DNA of 64,000 bases from Leptonemataceae bacterium (GTDB lineage Bacteria > Spirochaetota > Leptospiria > Leptospirales > Leptonemataceae), in NCBI GenBank assembly GCA_965227295.1, contig OZ245742.1:4672001-4736000 (forward strand), given 5' to 3'. The notes under the pieces are model-generated. The model ran no database searches. It was not told the origin of the DNA and was given only the letters and a program-made list of their open reading frames with translations. Positions 41,140-50,461 of the stretch are shown here, one piece after another (within the stretch, counting starts at the first letter, position 1; every line of letters begins with the position of its first letter). The position numbers were made by a program, and so were the translations under genes.

Positions 41140-41898
41140 TCAGCCGGAGGCGTTCTCCTTTTTCTGCATGCGTTCGAGGGCGTCCGTCGCGGCGGCCTGC
41201 TCGGCCCGCTTGCGGGAACGCCCCGTACCCCGGCCGGTCTCTTTGCCGCCCACCAGGACGCGGCACTCGAATACCCGGCGATGGTCCGGCCCCGATTCGG
41301 ATACAAGTTCGTAGACCGGCCGCCTGTGAATTCGTTTTTGCACGAGCTCTTGCAGGCGCGACTTCGCGTCCCGGGCGTCCCGGGGATCGTCGAAAGCATC
41401 CATGAGCGGCTGAAACCGGCCCAGAATAAACTTGCGCGCGCCGTTCAGGCCGCGGTCCAGATAGACCGCGCCGATCAACGCCTCCAGGCCGTCCGCGAGA
41501 TTCGAGGACCGCTCGGCCCCGCCGCTGGAAGCCTCGCCGCGTCCCATGCGCAGGACCTGCCCCAGACCCAGGTCCGCGCCGATGGGCGCCAGGGCCTGCT
41601 CGGACACCACACTGGACTTGATGCGCGCCAGTTGCCCCTCCGGATAGTCCGGGTGAGACGCGTATAAGTACTCGTTGATGACAAGGCCGAGGACGGAATC
41701 CCCCAGATACTCCAGGCGCTGGTTGTCCTCGATTTTAGGGCGTCCGGCCCCGCCCTCGTTCCGGAAAGAACTGTGGGTCAGTGCCTGATCGAGCAGGTCC
41801 AGATTCCGGAAGTGCACGCCGATTTGCTTCGCAAATTGAAGCAGACGTTTTTTCCGCGGAGCGTCGAGCCGCGAGGATGTACCAAAACGAAACCGCAC
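41140..41898 (-). CDS. rnc: Ribonuclease III
   Basis: ALTHSS, NQRLEYLGDSVL, dsRBD (KSRLQE, GPDH). Confidence 0.96.
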   Translation of the reverse strand: MRFRFGTSSRLDAPRKKRLLQFAKQIGVHFRNLDLLDQALTHSSFRNEGGAGRPKIEDNQRLEYLGDSVLGLVINEYLYASHPDYPEGQLARIKSSVVSEQALAPIGADLGLGQVLRMGRGEASSGGAERSSNLADGLEALIGAVYLDRGLNGARKFILGRFQPLMDAFDDPRDARDAKSRLQELVQKRIHRRPVYELVSESGPDHRRVFECRVLVGGKETGRGTGRSRKRAEQAAATDALERMQKKENASG

Positions 41899-41973
41899 TC
41901 AGCTATAGAAGGAAAGCGAACCGTAGAGAGAAAGGAAAATACAGGTGGGGAGACAAGAACGGGAAAAGGAATG

Positions 41974-41996
41974 ACCGGCCGGCAAAGCCGGCCGGT
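41974..41996 (-). terminator. Hairpin downstream of acpP (probable terminator or processing site)
   Basis: ACCGGCCGGC-AAA-GCCGGCCGGT perfect 10-bp stem, followed by a pyrimidine/U-rich tract on the minus strand. Confidence 0.6.
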
Positions 41997-42012
41997 ACAA
42001 AAAGGAATTAGA

Positions 42013-42246
42013 TCAGGAAGAATGCTCGTCGATGTACTTGGATACGTCACCAACGGTCTGGATCTTCTCTGCATCTTCGTCAGAAATTTCGATGCCAAAC
42101 TCTTCTTCCAGAGCCATTACGAGCTCTACGGTGTCGAGCGAGTCAGCTCCGAGGTCATCGATGAAGTGAGCTTCCGGAGTAACTTCGGACTCGTCTACGC
42201 CAAGCTGTTCAACGATGATTGCTTTGATCTTTTCAAAATCAGCCAT
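42013..42246 (-). CDS. acpP: Acyl carrier protein
   Basis: [20 protein letters not shown]. Confidence 0.98.
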   Translation of the reverse strand: MADFEKIKAIIVEQLGVDESEVTPEAHFIDDLGADSLDTVELVMALEEEFGIEISDEDAEKIQTVGDVSKYIDEHSS

Positions 42247-42563
42247 ATCAGTTCTCCCTAGTAACTGAGGTACGAATATTTTTGTCGTCGATCACCGACG
42301 ACTGGCGCAACGTACGAAACGGCTTTTCCCGTGCAAGAGGAAAAAAGAAAAAAAATTTTTTCGGTCTGAAATTTTTTTATCATACAACTTTCACAAATAC
42401 GCCCGTTTTCTCCGGTTTTTTCAGGCTTTCTGGCTCGTTTTTTGACTGCCCGCCCGCCTGGAACCGTTAAAAACAACAGTGGTTTTTCACCCCGCCGGAC
42501 ACGCGCCGGGAGCGTTACAGTTCCAATGACACCGGTACCGACATATAATCAGGCCCGCCCGCA

Positions 42564-45152
42564 ATGCTTCGTGAGCACATCAAATTCAAGAACGCGTACA
42601 GCCTCGTACTGCGGCCGCAGCTTCACAACCTGATCGGCAACGGCCACGGCCCGCGCTACTTTGAGAAGCAGGTCAGCTTGTGGAAAGACCGGGGATTAAA
42701 GACGCTCTTTCTCCTCACGCCGCCCCCGTCCCCCGCCAACGAAACGCTCCAGGGCCTGTCGAAGACCTGTGAAGCGTCCGGGCTCCGACTGGAGTATCTG
42801 GACCCGGAAGCAATCCAGGCAGCCGCAACCGGCAATGACTTTGTCCCGATTCAGGCAGCGAGCCGCAGACTGGAGGATGCCCTGCGCCGCGGCCACGTGC
42901 TGCTCCTCTGCGGAGAGCCTCGGGATGGTCCCGGCCCGCCCGTGGAGACCGTGCTTTTGCTGATTTTGCTCGGAATGCGCGCGTTTCGCCGTCTATCCGT
43001 GGACCGGACGGTCCGATATATATTGAACCGGGAGCCGGATGCGGACGTCGATTCTGCTATAAGTAGGTATAAACAATTCCTTGACCAGGGTTTCGAAGGA
43101 TCACAAAATCCCCCGGTAGAGGAATCTTCACCCACACTGCTGCCGGCGGCCGGGAAAACCGAGGGCCAGGCCCGGACAGCCACCAGGCCCCAGGAAGAGA
43201 GTGTAATGAATACAGCGCAGGACCAGAGCGCCGAAGAAAACATGCCCGCTGCCGGCCCCGGGTCGACCGACGCGGCCCCGGCGGGCGACGGCCAGGAACA
43301 GGCTCAGACGGAATTTCAGGGATCTCGATTCACCATCAAGGTCAAGATGCTCACCATCATCTCGGCGGTGATGGTGAGCGCCCTGGGCGTGATGATCTTT
43401 CTCGCGTCGTCTTACTTCCGGCAGACCGCCGAGGATCAGGTCAACGCGAACAACTTCAATCTGGCCAACGTGATCGGCTCCCGCATGGAGTCCGAACTCA
43501 ACTCCATGCGCTACAAGGCCAACCTCCTCGCGCTGACGGTGGACCAGAGCATCGGCAGCCCGGAACAGCGCGATCTCTTCGTGCGTCTCTTCTTCGAGGA
43601 TAACCCGGACTTCCTCATGCTGCTGGTCGCGGATCGCGCCGGGGACGGCATGCGCGTGCGACGGCAGTTGTTCAACGATACCTACCTGACCGCCAGCGAC
43701 GAACTGGATCGCACGAAGCTACTGAACGTGCACGGTTCTAATTCGCAGGCCTTCATGAAATCCTTCAACGGTGCCTTCGTCGTACACAACGCTTCCGTGG
43801 ATGTGCCGATCATTGCCATCAGCCAGCCGCTCGGTGCGTCCATCATCATCCTCTACATGGACCCGGCGCAATTCCTCCAGGCCTTCCAGACGGAGGGTAT
43901 CGTCGAAACGTTCATGGTCAACGAACAGGGGGATGTGATCGCTCACCAGGATTCCCGGCGCGTCCTTTCCCGGGTGAACCTGATTGATCTGCCCATCGTG
44001 AAGAACCTGCTCGAAAGCCCGGTGGACGAAGGCCAGTCCCGCTACGTGGAGAGCGCGAGCGGAGATTATTATCTGGGCTCGTACGCAAAGCTCGGCATCG
44101 GCGGACTCGGCATCATCTCCACCGTTCCGGAAAACAAAGCCTATCAAGTCGTGGATAGCATTCAGACACGCAACCTGTTGATCGCGGTCATCGTTACGGC
44201 GGTGGCGTTTTTGATCGTCTACTTCTTCGCAAACTCTCTCGCGGTACCCATTGTGAATCTGGTGGGCGCCACGCGCAAAATCGCCCGCGCCGAATTCGAC
44301 ATCGATCTGAAGCCCACCACTCGCGACGAGGTCGGTGAACTCACGCATTCGTTCACACACATGGCCGGCGGCCTCGCGGAACGCGAACGCGCCAAAGACG
44401 CGCTCACCAAGTTCGTAAACAAACAGATCGCGGACCTGGCCCTGAGCGGAAAGATCAAACTCGGCGGGGAAACGAAAGAAGCGGCGGTCTTCTTCAGCGA
44501 CCTGCGCGGCTTTACGGCCATGTCGGAGAACATGGCACCGGAAGAGGTGGTCGCCTATCTCAACGAGTACTTCACCGGTATGGTTTCCGCCGTGAACAAG
44601 ACCCACGGCATCGTAGATAAGTTCATCGGCGACGCGGTCATGGCGCACTGGGGCGCGTTCGGCTCCCAGGGAAACAACACCGAAAACGCCATCAACGGCG
44701 CGCTGCTCATGCGCACGGCCATCCTGGAATTCAACAAACGCAGCGCGGGGCAACGGCCTTTCGCGAAACAGGGCTGCGGCATCAATACCGGCAATGTGGT
44801 CTCGGGGCAGATCGGTTCCGAGGAACGCTTCGAGTTTACCGTAATCGGTGACACCGTGAACCTCGCCAGCCGGATCGAGGCGCTGAACAAGCCGTTCGGC
44901 ACGGACATCCTGATTTCTCAGGACAGCTACGATCACGTCAAAGGCATCTTCAAAGTAGAACCCATGCCGGCCATTAAGGTCAAGGGCAAGGCCGAGCCGC
45001 AGACGATTTACGCGGTTGTCGGCCGGAACGACGATCCGAACTGCCCGAAGGACCTGGACGCCGTCCGGGAAATGCTGGGCATCGATTTCGATAAATCCAA
45101 AATGGTGGATCCGGACGCCAAAGAAGAAAAATTCCAGGTGGTGGGGCAATAA
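42564..45152 (+). CDS. Membrane class III adenylate cyclase (N-terminal extra domain - TM - Cache - TM - HAMP - cyclase)
   Basis: FSDLRGFT, DKFIGDAVM, FTVIGDTVNLASR; HAMP (DEVGEL). Alternative start at ATG 43206. Confidence 0.9.
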   Translation: MLREHIKFKNAYSLVLRPQLHNLIGNGHGPRYFEKQVSLWKDRGLKTLFLLTPPPSPANETLQGLSKTCEASGLRLEYLDPEAIQAAATGNDFVPIQAASRRLEDALRRGHVLLLCGEPRDGPGPPVETVLLLILLGMRAFRRLSVDRTVRYILNREPDADVDSAISRYKQFLDQGFEGSQNPPVEESSPTLLPAAGKTEGQARTATRPQEESVMNTAQDQSAEENMPAAGPGSTDAAPAGDGQEQAQTEFQGSRFTIKVKMLTIISAVMVSALGVMIFLASSYFRQTAEDQVNANNFNLANVIGSRMESELNSMRYKANLLALTVDQSIGSPEQRDLFVRLFFEDNPDFLMLLVADRAGDGMRVRRQLFNDTYLTASDELDRTKLLNVHGSNSQAFMKSFNGAFVVHNASVDVPIIAISQPLGASIIILYMDPAQFLQAFQTEGIVETFMVNEQGDVIAHQDSRRVLSRVNLIDLPIVKNLLESPVDEGQSRYVESASGDYYLGSYAKLGIGGLGIISTVPENKAYQVVDSIQTRNLLIAVIVTAVAFLIVYFFANSLAVPIVNLVGATRKIARAEFDIDLKPTTRDEVGELTHSFTHMAGGLAERERAKDALTKFVNKQIADLALSGKIKLGGETKEAAVFFSDLRGFTAMSENMAPEEVVAYLNEYFTGMVSAVNKTHGIVDKFIGDAVMAHWGAFGSQGNNTENAINGALLMRTAILEFNKRSAGQRPFAKQGCGINTGNVVSGQIGSEERFEFTVIGDTVNLASRIEALNKPFGTDILISQDSYDHVKGIFKVEPMPAIKVKGKAEPQTIYAVVGRNDDPNCPKDLDAVREMLGIDFDKSKMVDPDAKEEKFQVVGQ

Positions 45153-45245
45153 TTCGCGCGGACAGGCCGTCGAATCCGTCGTCCCGGACAGCGTTGTTCC
45201 CGGGCGGGGGAATCAGCGCTTTGCGCCGATAATGGAACATAGATC

Positions 45246-47396
45246 ATGCTCTACTTCAGCCGAACAGACTCCTACGTCGTAGGCGCGTGCGCCGCGGTCG
45301 TCTTTGTGGCGGGCACCCTGCTCTACCTCGAATCCAACCGCCGGGTGCAGGCGGGCGGCGAAGAGATCGGACGCCTGGCCCAGGTTACGAACATCGCCCA
45401 GCGCAAGTACGCCGACCAGGTAATCTGGGAGTCCCTGGAGAACGACATCCCGGTCTACAACAAGGACAGCATCCGTACCGGGGATTACTCCCGCGCACGA
45501 GTCCGCCTCGCGGACGGTACCGAAATCGAAATCGCCGAGAACAGCATGATCGTGCTGAATATTTCCGACGCGGCCACGGATATTAATTTCGCCTACGGTT
45601 CCATTAATGCGAAGCGCGGCCAGGATGGTACCGGCGGGGGCGGAGGGGCGCTGAACATCACGTCCGAGGATAAGATCATTACCATCGATGACAGCAGCGA
45701 TTCGGACATTCAACTGAACAAGGGCGATGATAGTGCGGCCCTCGACGTCGTGGTGAACTCCGGCGAAGCCACCGTACAAACGGAATCCGGTCAGGCCACG
45801 ACCATCGGCAAGGACGAGCGCGCCTCGCTCTCCGGCGAAACCATCGAAGTGCGCAAGATCAGTCTGCGCCCGCAGGGTCCCGGGGCCGGCGCACAGATCT
45901 TCCTCGAAGGCCGCGCGAACACCACCAACGTAAGTTTTACCTGGGATTCCGTACAGGGCAATCCCACCGTCCGCCTGGCGGTCTCTCGCAAACGTGACTT
46001 CTCGCAGATCGTTCTCGATCGCAGCGTACGCGGCACGCGCGCCGGCGGCAATCTCGGCCAGGGCACCTACTACTGGCGCCTCTCCGCAAAGAACAACGCC
46101 GGTCAGACGGACTACAGCGAGGTCCGCACGCTTTCCGTCCTGCGCAACACGCCGTTGTCCCTGCAGGCACCTGCGTCGGGACGCTCCTTCGATTACGTAA
46201 ACAATCCGCCGTTCATCAACTTCTCGTGGAGCGAAAACGAACTCGCGGACTCCTACGTCGTAGAAGTCGCCCGGGATCGCGCGTTTCGCAATATCGTGCA
46301 GGCGCGGACCGTCCGCGTGCGGTCCACGTCGCTGTCTGTCGAAGAAGGCAACTACTTCTGGCGCGTGCGTACTCAGAGCGATATCGGCGGCGGCAGTGTT
46401 GTGAGCCCGCCCAATTCCATTCGCGTCGTTCGTAGGGAAAAGGTTCCGGCACCGGAACCCATCGCTCCGGTCGGAGGGCGCACCATCGCCCGGATCCTCC
46501 TGGCCAAAGAAGGGGCCGTATTCAGCTGGCGCAAGACCGCGGACATCCGCCGCACCGAAGTCCAGATCGCCCGGGACTCCGGCTTCAGCGACATCGTGCA
46601 ACGCCGGGAAACCGCAAACAACTACGCGAACATCCGCGCCGATCTTCCGGAGGGTACCTACTACTGGCGCCTGCGCGGGACCGATCGGGCGGGAACGCCG
46701 ACGGACTTTTCTTCTTCCGCATCGTTCAACGTGGGCGCCACCGAACGCCTGTCGCTCGTCACGCCGGCGAACGGAGCCGGCCTGGACCTGCAGGGCGTGG
46801 CCCGGGGCGGCGTGGACTTCCGCTGGAAGAAGCCCGAAATTCCCGGCAACTTCGAACTGATCATCCACCAGAACGAGGACTTCAACGGCAAGGCTGTGGT
46901 CGTGCAACGTCTGCCCGGGATCAACAGTCGGGTGACGCGTCTGAATCAGGGGACGTACTTCTGGAAAGTCCGCCTGCTCGGACCGAGCGGGGACATTCTA
47001 ACCGAGAGCGATTCCCGGAGCTTCAACATCAGCGACTCCCTGGAAGTTCCCGTTGCCATCTTCCCCGGTACCAACGCTACCGTGGACGTAACCAACCTGG
47101 CGAATCTGACCCTGCGCTGGCGACAATCCGGCGGCGCTTACTACGAAATCACGCTGAGTGACGCGCGCGGCCGGCGCATTCTTCAGGACCGGGTAAACCG
47201 CAGCGAATTTACCGTTCGCGACCTCACCGTACTTTCGGAAGGCAGGGTCAACTGGGCCGTGAAGGCCTGCCACTCCGACGGCGAGTGTTCGCCGGCCATG
47301 CAGAACTCGTTTGCCCTGACGGCAAAGAAGTTACAACCACCGGAAAGCACGACGCCGGACCGTCTCTACGTCATCGATACCGAAGAGCTGGAGTAA
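45246..47396 (+). CDS. FecR-domain protein with multiple FN3/Ig-like domains
   Basis: N-terminal TM; DSIRTG..SRA.V.L.DGTEIEIAENS; repeated GTYYWR/GNYFWRV/GTYFWKV modules. Confidence 0.85.
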   Translation: MLYFSRTDSYVVGACAAVVFVAGTLLYLESNRRVQAGGEEIGRLAQVTNIAQRKYADQVIWESLENDIPVYNKDSIRTGDYSRARVRLADGTEIEIAENSMIVLNISDAATDINFAYGSINAKRGQDGTGGGGGALNITSEDKIITIDDSSDSDIQLNKGDDSAALDVVVNSGEATVQTESGQATTIGKDERASLSGETIEVRKISLRPQGPGAGAQIFLEGRANTTNVSFTWDSVQGNPTVRLAVSRKRDFSQIVLDRSVRGTRAGGNLGQGTYYWRLSAKNNAGQTDYSEVRTLSVLRNTPLSLQAPASGRSFDYVNNPPFINFSWSENELADSYVVEVARDRAFRNIVQARTVRVRSTSLSVEEGNYFWRVRTQSDIGGGSVVSPPNSIRVVRREKVPAPEPIAPVGGRTIARILLAKEGAVFSWRKTADIRRTEVQIARDSGFSDIVQRRETANNYANIRADLPEGTYYWRLRGTDRAGTPTDFSSSASFNVGATERLSLVTPANGAGLDLQGVARGGVDFRWKKPEIPGNFELIIHQNEDFNGKAVVVQRLPGINSRVTRLNQGTYFWKVRLLGPSGDILTESDSRSFNISDSLEVPVAIFPGTNATVDVTNLANLTLRWRQSGGAYYEITLSDARGRRILQDRVNRSEFTVRDLTVLSEGRVNWAVKACHSDGECSPAMQNSFALTAKKLQPPESTTPDRLYVIDTEELE

Positions 47397-47406
47397 GCTG
47401 CTCCAC

Positions 47407-49077
47407 ATGAAGCCTGCACGCATCCATTGTACAACTCTCTACGCCGCCGGACTGGCCGTCACGTTGACCCTTCTGGCCGGCCCGCTTACGGCTCAGGACG
47501 ATCCCCGCGCCGTGCGTCTTTCCTGGCGTCCGGTGGTCGGAGCGAGCGGCTACATCATCCAGATTCGCGACGGGCGCGAGAATATGGTGGAGGATCAACG
47601 CACGGCCGGTACTGCCGTCGTCGTTCGACTGAATCCCGGGAAGTACGAGCAACGTTTGGCGGCACTGAACCGCCTGGGCTCCCCCGGTCCCTTCACGGCC
47701 TGGCGGAGTCTCACCGTAAAATCCACGCGCACGCCGCTCGTGGGGGCCATCCGTCCGCAGGGGGAACCGGCGGCGGACGGTTCACGACTCATCGCCATCA
47801 ACGGAAAACATTTCACCGAAGACACTCAGATCTTCTTACAGGTGCCCGGTCAGAGTCGCCAGGAAGTGGACGTCGACCAGGCCTCGGAATCGCGGATCAT
47901 CGTGCGTCTGCGGCCGAACCAGATACCCGACGGCGAGTACGATATCCTCGTACAGAATCCGCGCGGTCTGAACAAGAGCCGACCGGACAGCGTTGCCGTG
48001 GTGAATCGTAAGATTGAAATCCCGGAAGCAGCCCGGGAACAGCCCGAGGAACTGGCCGACCAGGAGACCGAAATCGACTCCGGTGGCGATCCGGAGGATC
48101 CGGACGAACGCGAACCGGGAACGGCCGGCAGCCTGGCCTCGCTGGTGCCCGGCCTGCCCGCCTTCCAGCGCGGCGACAACGAGACCGGCGGCCTCTGGGC
48201 CGGCGCCTTCGGCGGCATGATCCTGGCGAGCATGGCGGAGTACGAGGCGGCGAATGTCCGCAGGCGGAACTTCGAACGCACCCCGCTGTACCAATATTTT
48301 AATAATCCGGCCATATTTTCATCGACAATCACCGTCGGTCAGATCAGCGCATTGACTGTTGCCGGAGCCGGCCTGTACTATTTACGCGAGCAGTCCGACG
48401 TCGAGCGGAGCTACGGCATCCGCCAGCGCAATCAGTTGTATCTGGGCACGGCGGCGACGCTGACCTGGGGCGCGCACTTCTACTGGGAAAACCGGGATCG
48501 CTGGCGGACGAGCCATCTGGTTCCGGGCATGAGTCACTTCAATCGCGGACAGAACGTGCGCGGCGCTGTGTGGCTCGGCAGCATTGCGGCCACGGGCATC
48601 TTCGCGGCTTCGGAATTTCAGCGGGCCGATTTGCAGTTCAATGCCATCGAATCCAATATCACCGGCCGCGTGTTTTCGAATCCGGTTCTGGCCTTCGGCG
48701 CGGCGACGGCCATTGGTGCGAATGTGGGCTCGGCCGCCCTCATTTACGGTAACGCCGGTTCACAGCTCGCCCGCAAGCAGGGCCGCGCCGAAGAGACCCG
48801 GCGCGGCGCAAATTACGCGGCGGCCCTGTTCGCGGCGCTTTACTTCGGCCAGGTCGTGGATGCGACGATCGGCGGCGGCGCGCCGGTTCCGGCCGTGCAG
48901 GCGCTACCGGCGGAGTCCGATTCGTACCAACCCTATGCTTCGGCAACGGACTCACCCGGCTCCGGTGAGTTTACGAAAATCGGTACACTCTACGTTGAAA
49001 ACGGCGACGTGTTCGTACGGGCCCGCGAAGGCCAGGAAGACGTTCAGGAAGTTCGCTTCGACGTTCTGCGTTACTGA
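47407..49077 (+). CDS. Exported FN3/IPT-domain protein with two membrane-associated helical repeats
   Basis: Signal peptide; LSWRPVVGASGYIIQI; GEYDILVQNP; duplicated LVPG...F.RG motif. Confidence 0.65.
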   Translation: MKPARIHCTTLYAAGLAVTLTLLAGPLTAQDDPRAVRLSWRPVVGASGYIIQIRDGRENMVEDQRTAGTAVVVRLNPGKYEQRLAALNRLGSPGPFTAWRSLTVKSTRTPLVGAIRPQGEPAADGSRLIAINGKHFTEDTQIFLQVPGQSRQEVDVDQASESRIIVRLRPNQIPDGEYDILVQNPRGLNKSRPDSVAVVNRKIEIPEAAREQPEELADQETEIDSGGDPEDPDEREPGTAGSLASLVPGLPAFQRGDNETGGLWAGAFGGMILASMAEYEAANVRRRNFERTPLYQYFNNPAIFSSTITVGQISALTVAGAGLYYLREQSDVERSYGIRQRNQLYLGTAATLTWGAHFYWENRDRWRTSHLVPGMSHFNRGQNVRGAVWLGSIAATGIFAASEFQRADLQFNAIESNITGRVFSNPVLAFGAATAIGANVGSAALIYGNAGSQLARKQGRAEETRRGANYAAALFAALYFGQVVDATIGGGAPVPAVQALPAESDSYQPYASATDSPGSGEFTKIGTLYVENGDVFVRAREGQEDVQEVRFDVLRY

Positions 49078-50072
49078 ATAAACTGCGGCGCCGGTTCCGG
49101 AGGATGCTTCTCGAAACCGATCCGCCACACGGCCGTTCCTTTCAATCGAAACTCCCGGGCAAGCTGCGTCATGCGCGCATACGTGTAAGCATCGGAGAAA
49201 TACACCGTACGATCCTTGCGGTTCACGCGTAAAACGCCGGCGTCGCTGCGTTCACATCCGAAACGTTCGCACTGTTCGAGGCCGCCCGCTTCCGTGACGA
49301 TGCGCGGCCGGCGTCGCCCGGCTTCCCAGCTGTAGCCGTACGAGGGAATGCCCAGGTACACCTTCTCGCGCGGCCAGTCCTCAAGAGCGATCTCCAGGTT
49401 CTGCCGGGCCCAGTAGAGATGCGTCACCGGCCCCGGTTTGTAGAAGTGATAGTCGTAGGTCATGAAGACGACCTCGTCCACGTACGGTTCGATGCGTCGC
49501 GCATCCCAGAAAGCCTGCTCTTCCGGCGTGCCGTGCAGCGGCGGAAAGGCGGCGATGCTGAGCGAACGACCGTCCAGGCGCTCGCGCAATTCATCAAGAA
49601 AGGCAACGTAACCGTCGGTGCTTTCGGCCGTGAGAAACTCGAAGTCGATATGCAGCCCGTCGTAGCCTCTCACGCGGACAAGCTTCGATAGTGCGTGAGC
49701 GGCGCGTGTGCGGGATTGCGGATGGCGCAGCAGCGCGGCCCCGTCCTTCGCCCCACGCAGAGAGATCAGCGGCACCAGACGTCGTGTGACTGACTGTTTG
49801 CGCCAGGAAGTTAAGAGTTTCCGCTCCGATTCCCGCAAGTCCGGCCGCCGGTAGAGTTCCCCGCGCGCGTTGAGACGATAGACGCCGACACAGAGGACGT
49901 CGAACGGGCTCAGGCGTTCCGAAGCGTGACCGGCCCGAAACGAGGCGGGAATCGCATAGCCCCACTGCACAAGTTGATGAGACGCGTCCCCGGAACCGGC
50001 GGGCCCGCAGGCGAGGCCGACCGCGAACAGGGCCGCGGGGACACTGCCGCCGAAGCGCGCGGCGAACGTCAC
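49071..50072 (-). CDS. Glycoside hydrolase family 18 (YaaH/SleL-like)
   Basis: YDGLHIDFE, MTYDYH, KVYLGIPSYGYSW, GTAVWRIG. Confidence 0.85.
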   Translation of the reverse strand: MTFAARFGGSVPAALFAVGLACGPAGSGDASHQLVQWGYAIPASFRAGHASERLSPFDVLCVGVYRLNARGELYRRPDLRESERKLLTSWRKQSVTRRLVPLISLRGAKDGAALLRHPQSRTRAAHALSKLVRVRGYDGLHIDFEFLTAESTDGYVAFLDELRERLDGRSLSIAAFPPLHGTPEEQAFWDARRIEPYVDEVVFMTYDYHFYKPGPVTHLYWARQNLEIALEDWPREKVYLGIPSYGYSWEAGRRRPRIVTEAGGLEQCERFGCERSDAGVLRVNRKDRTVYFSDAYTYARMTQLAREFRLKGTAVWRIGFEKHPPEPAPQFIQ

Positions 50073-50461
50073 GGCCGGACCGCGGCCCGGATTTCCGGAT
50101 CGACCTGTTTGCCGATCTTCGCCTGCCCGCTGAAATCTTCGCCGATCAACAGATTCACGGTAACGCCGTCGCCTTCGATGATATCGCCGTGCAGTACGTT
50201 GATCGTCGCGGGGCCGCGCGTAACAACGCCGCGCATGACATTAATCCAGAGCGTGCGGTTCTTTTTGCCGCGAATATCGCCTTCGAGATAGTCGATGGAC
50301 ACGCCCTTAACGTCGATGACGTCGCCGCGGACGTACGTGAAGTCCCGCCCGCGCACGCCGGCGAGCACGCCCTCGTGCACGGTGATGTCGGGGCTCTCCT
50401 GCGTGCCCGACGGACAGTGGAACATGAAAAGCAGTGTCGAGAGTATGAGTAATCGTTTCAT
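50069..50461 (-). CDS. Small putative lipoprotein with beta-solenoid-like repeats
   Basis: MKRLLILSTLLFMFHC signal/lipobox; ATG overlaps the plsX stop. Confidence 0.6.
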   Translation of the reverse strand: MKRLLILSTLLFMFHCPSGTQESPDITVHEGVLAGVRGRDFTYVRGDVIDVKGVSIDYLEGDIRGKKNRTLWINVMRGVVTRGPATINVLHGDIIEGDGVTVNLLIGEDFSGQAKIGKQVDPEIRAAVRP

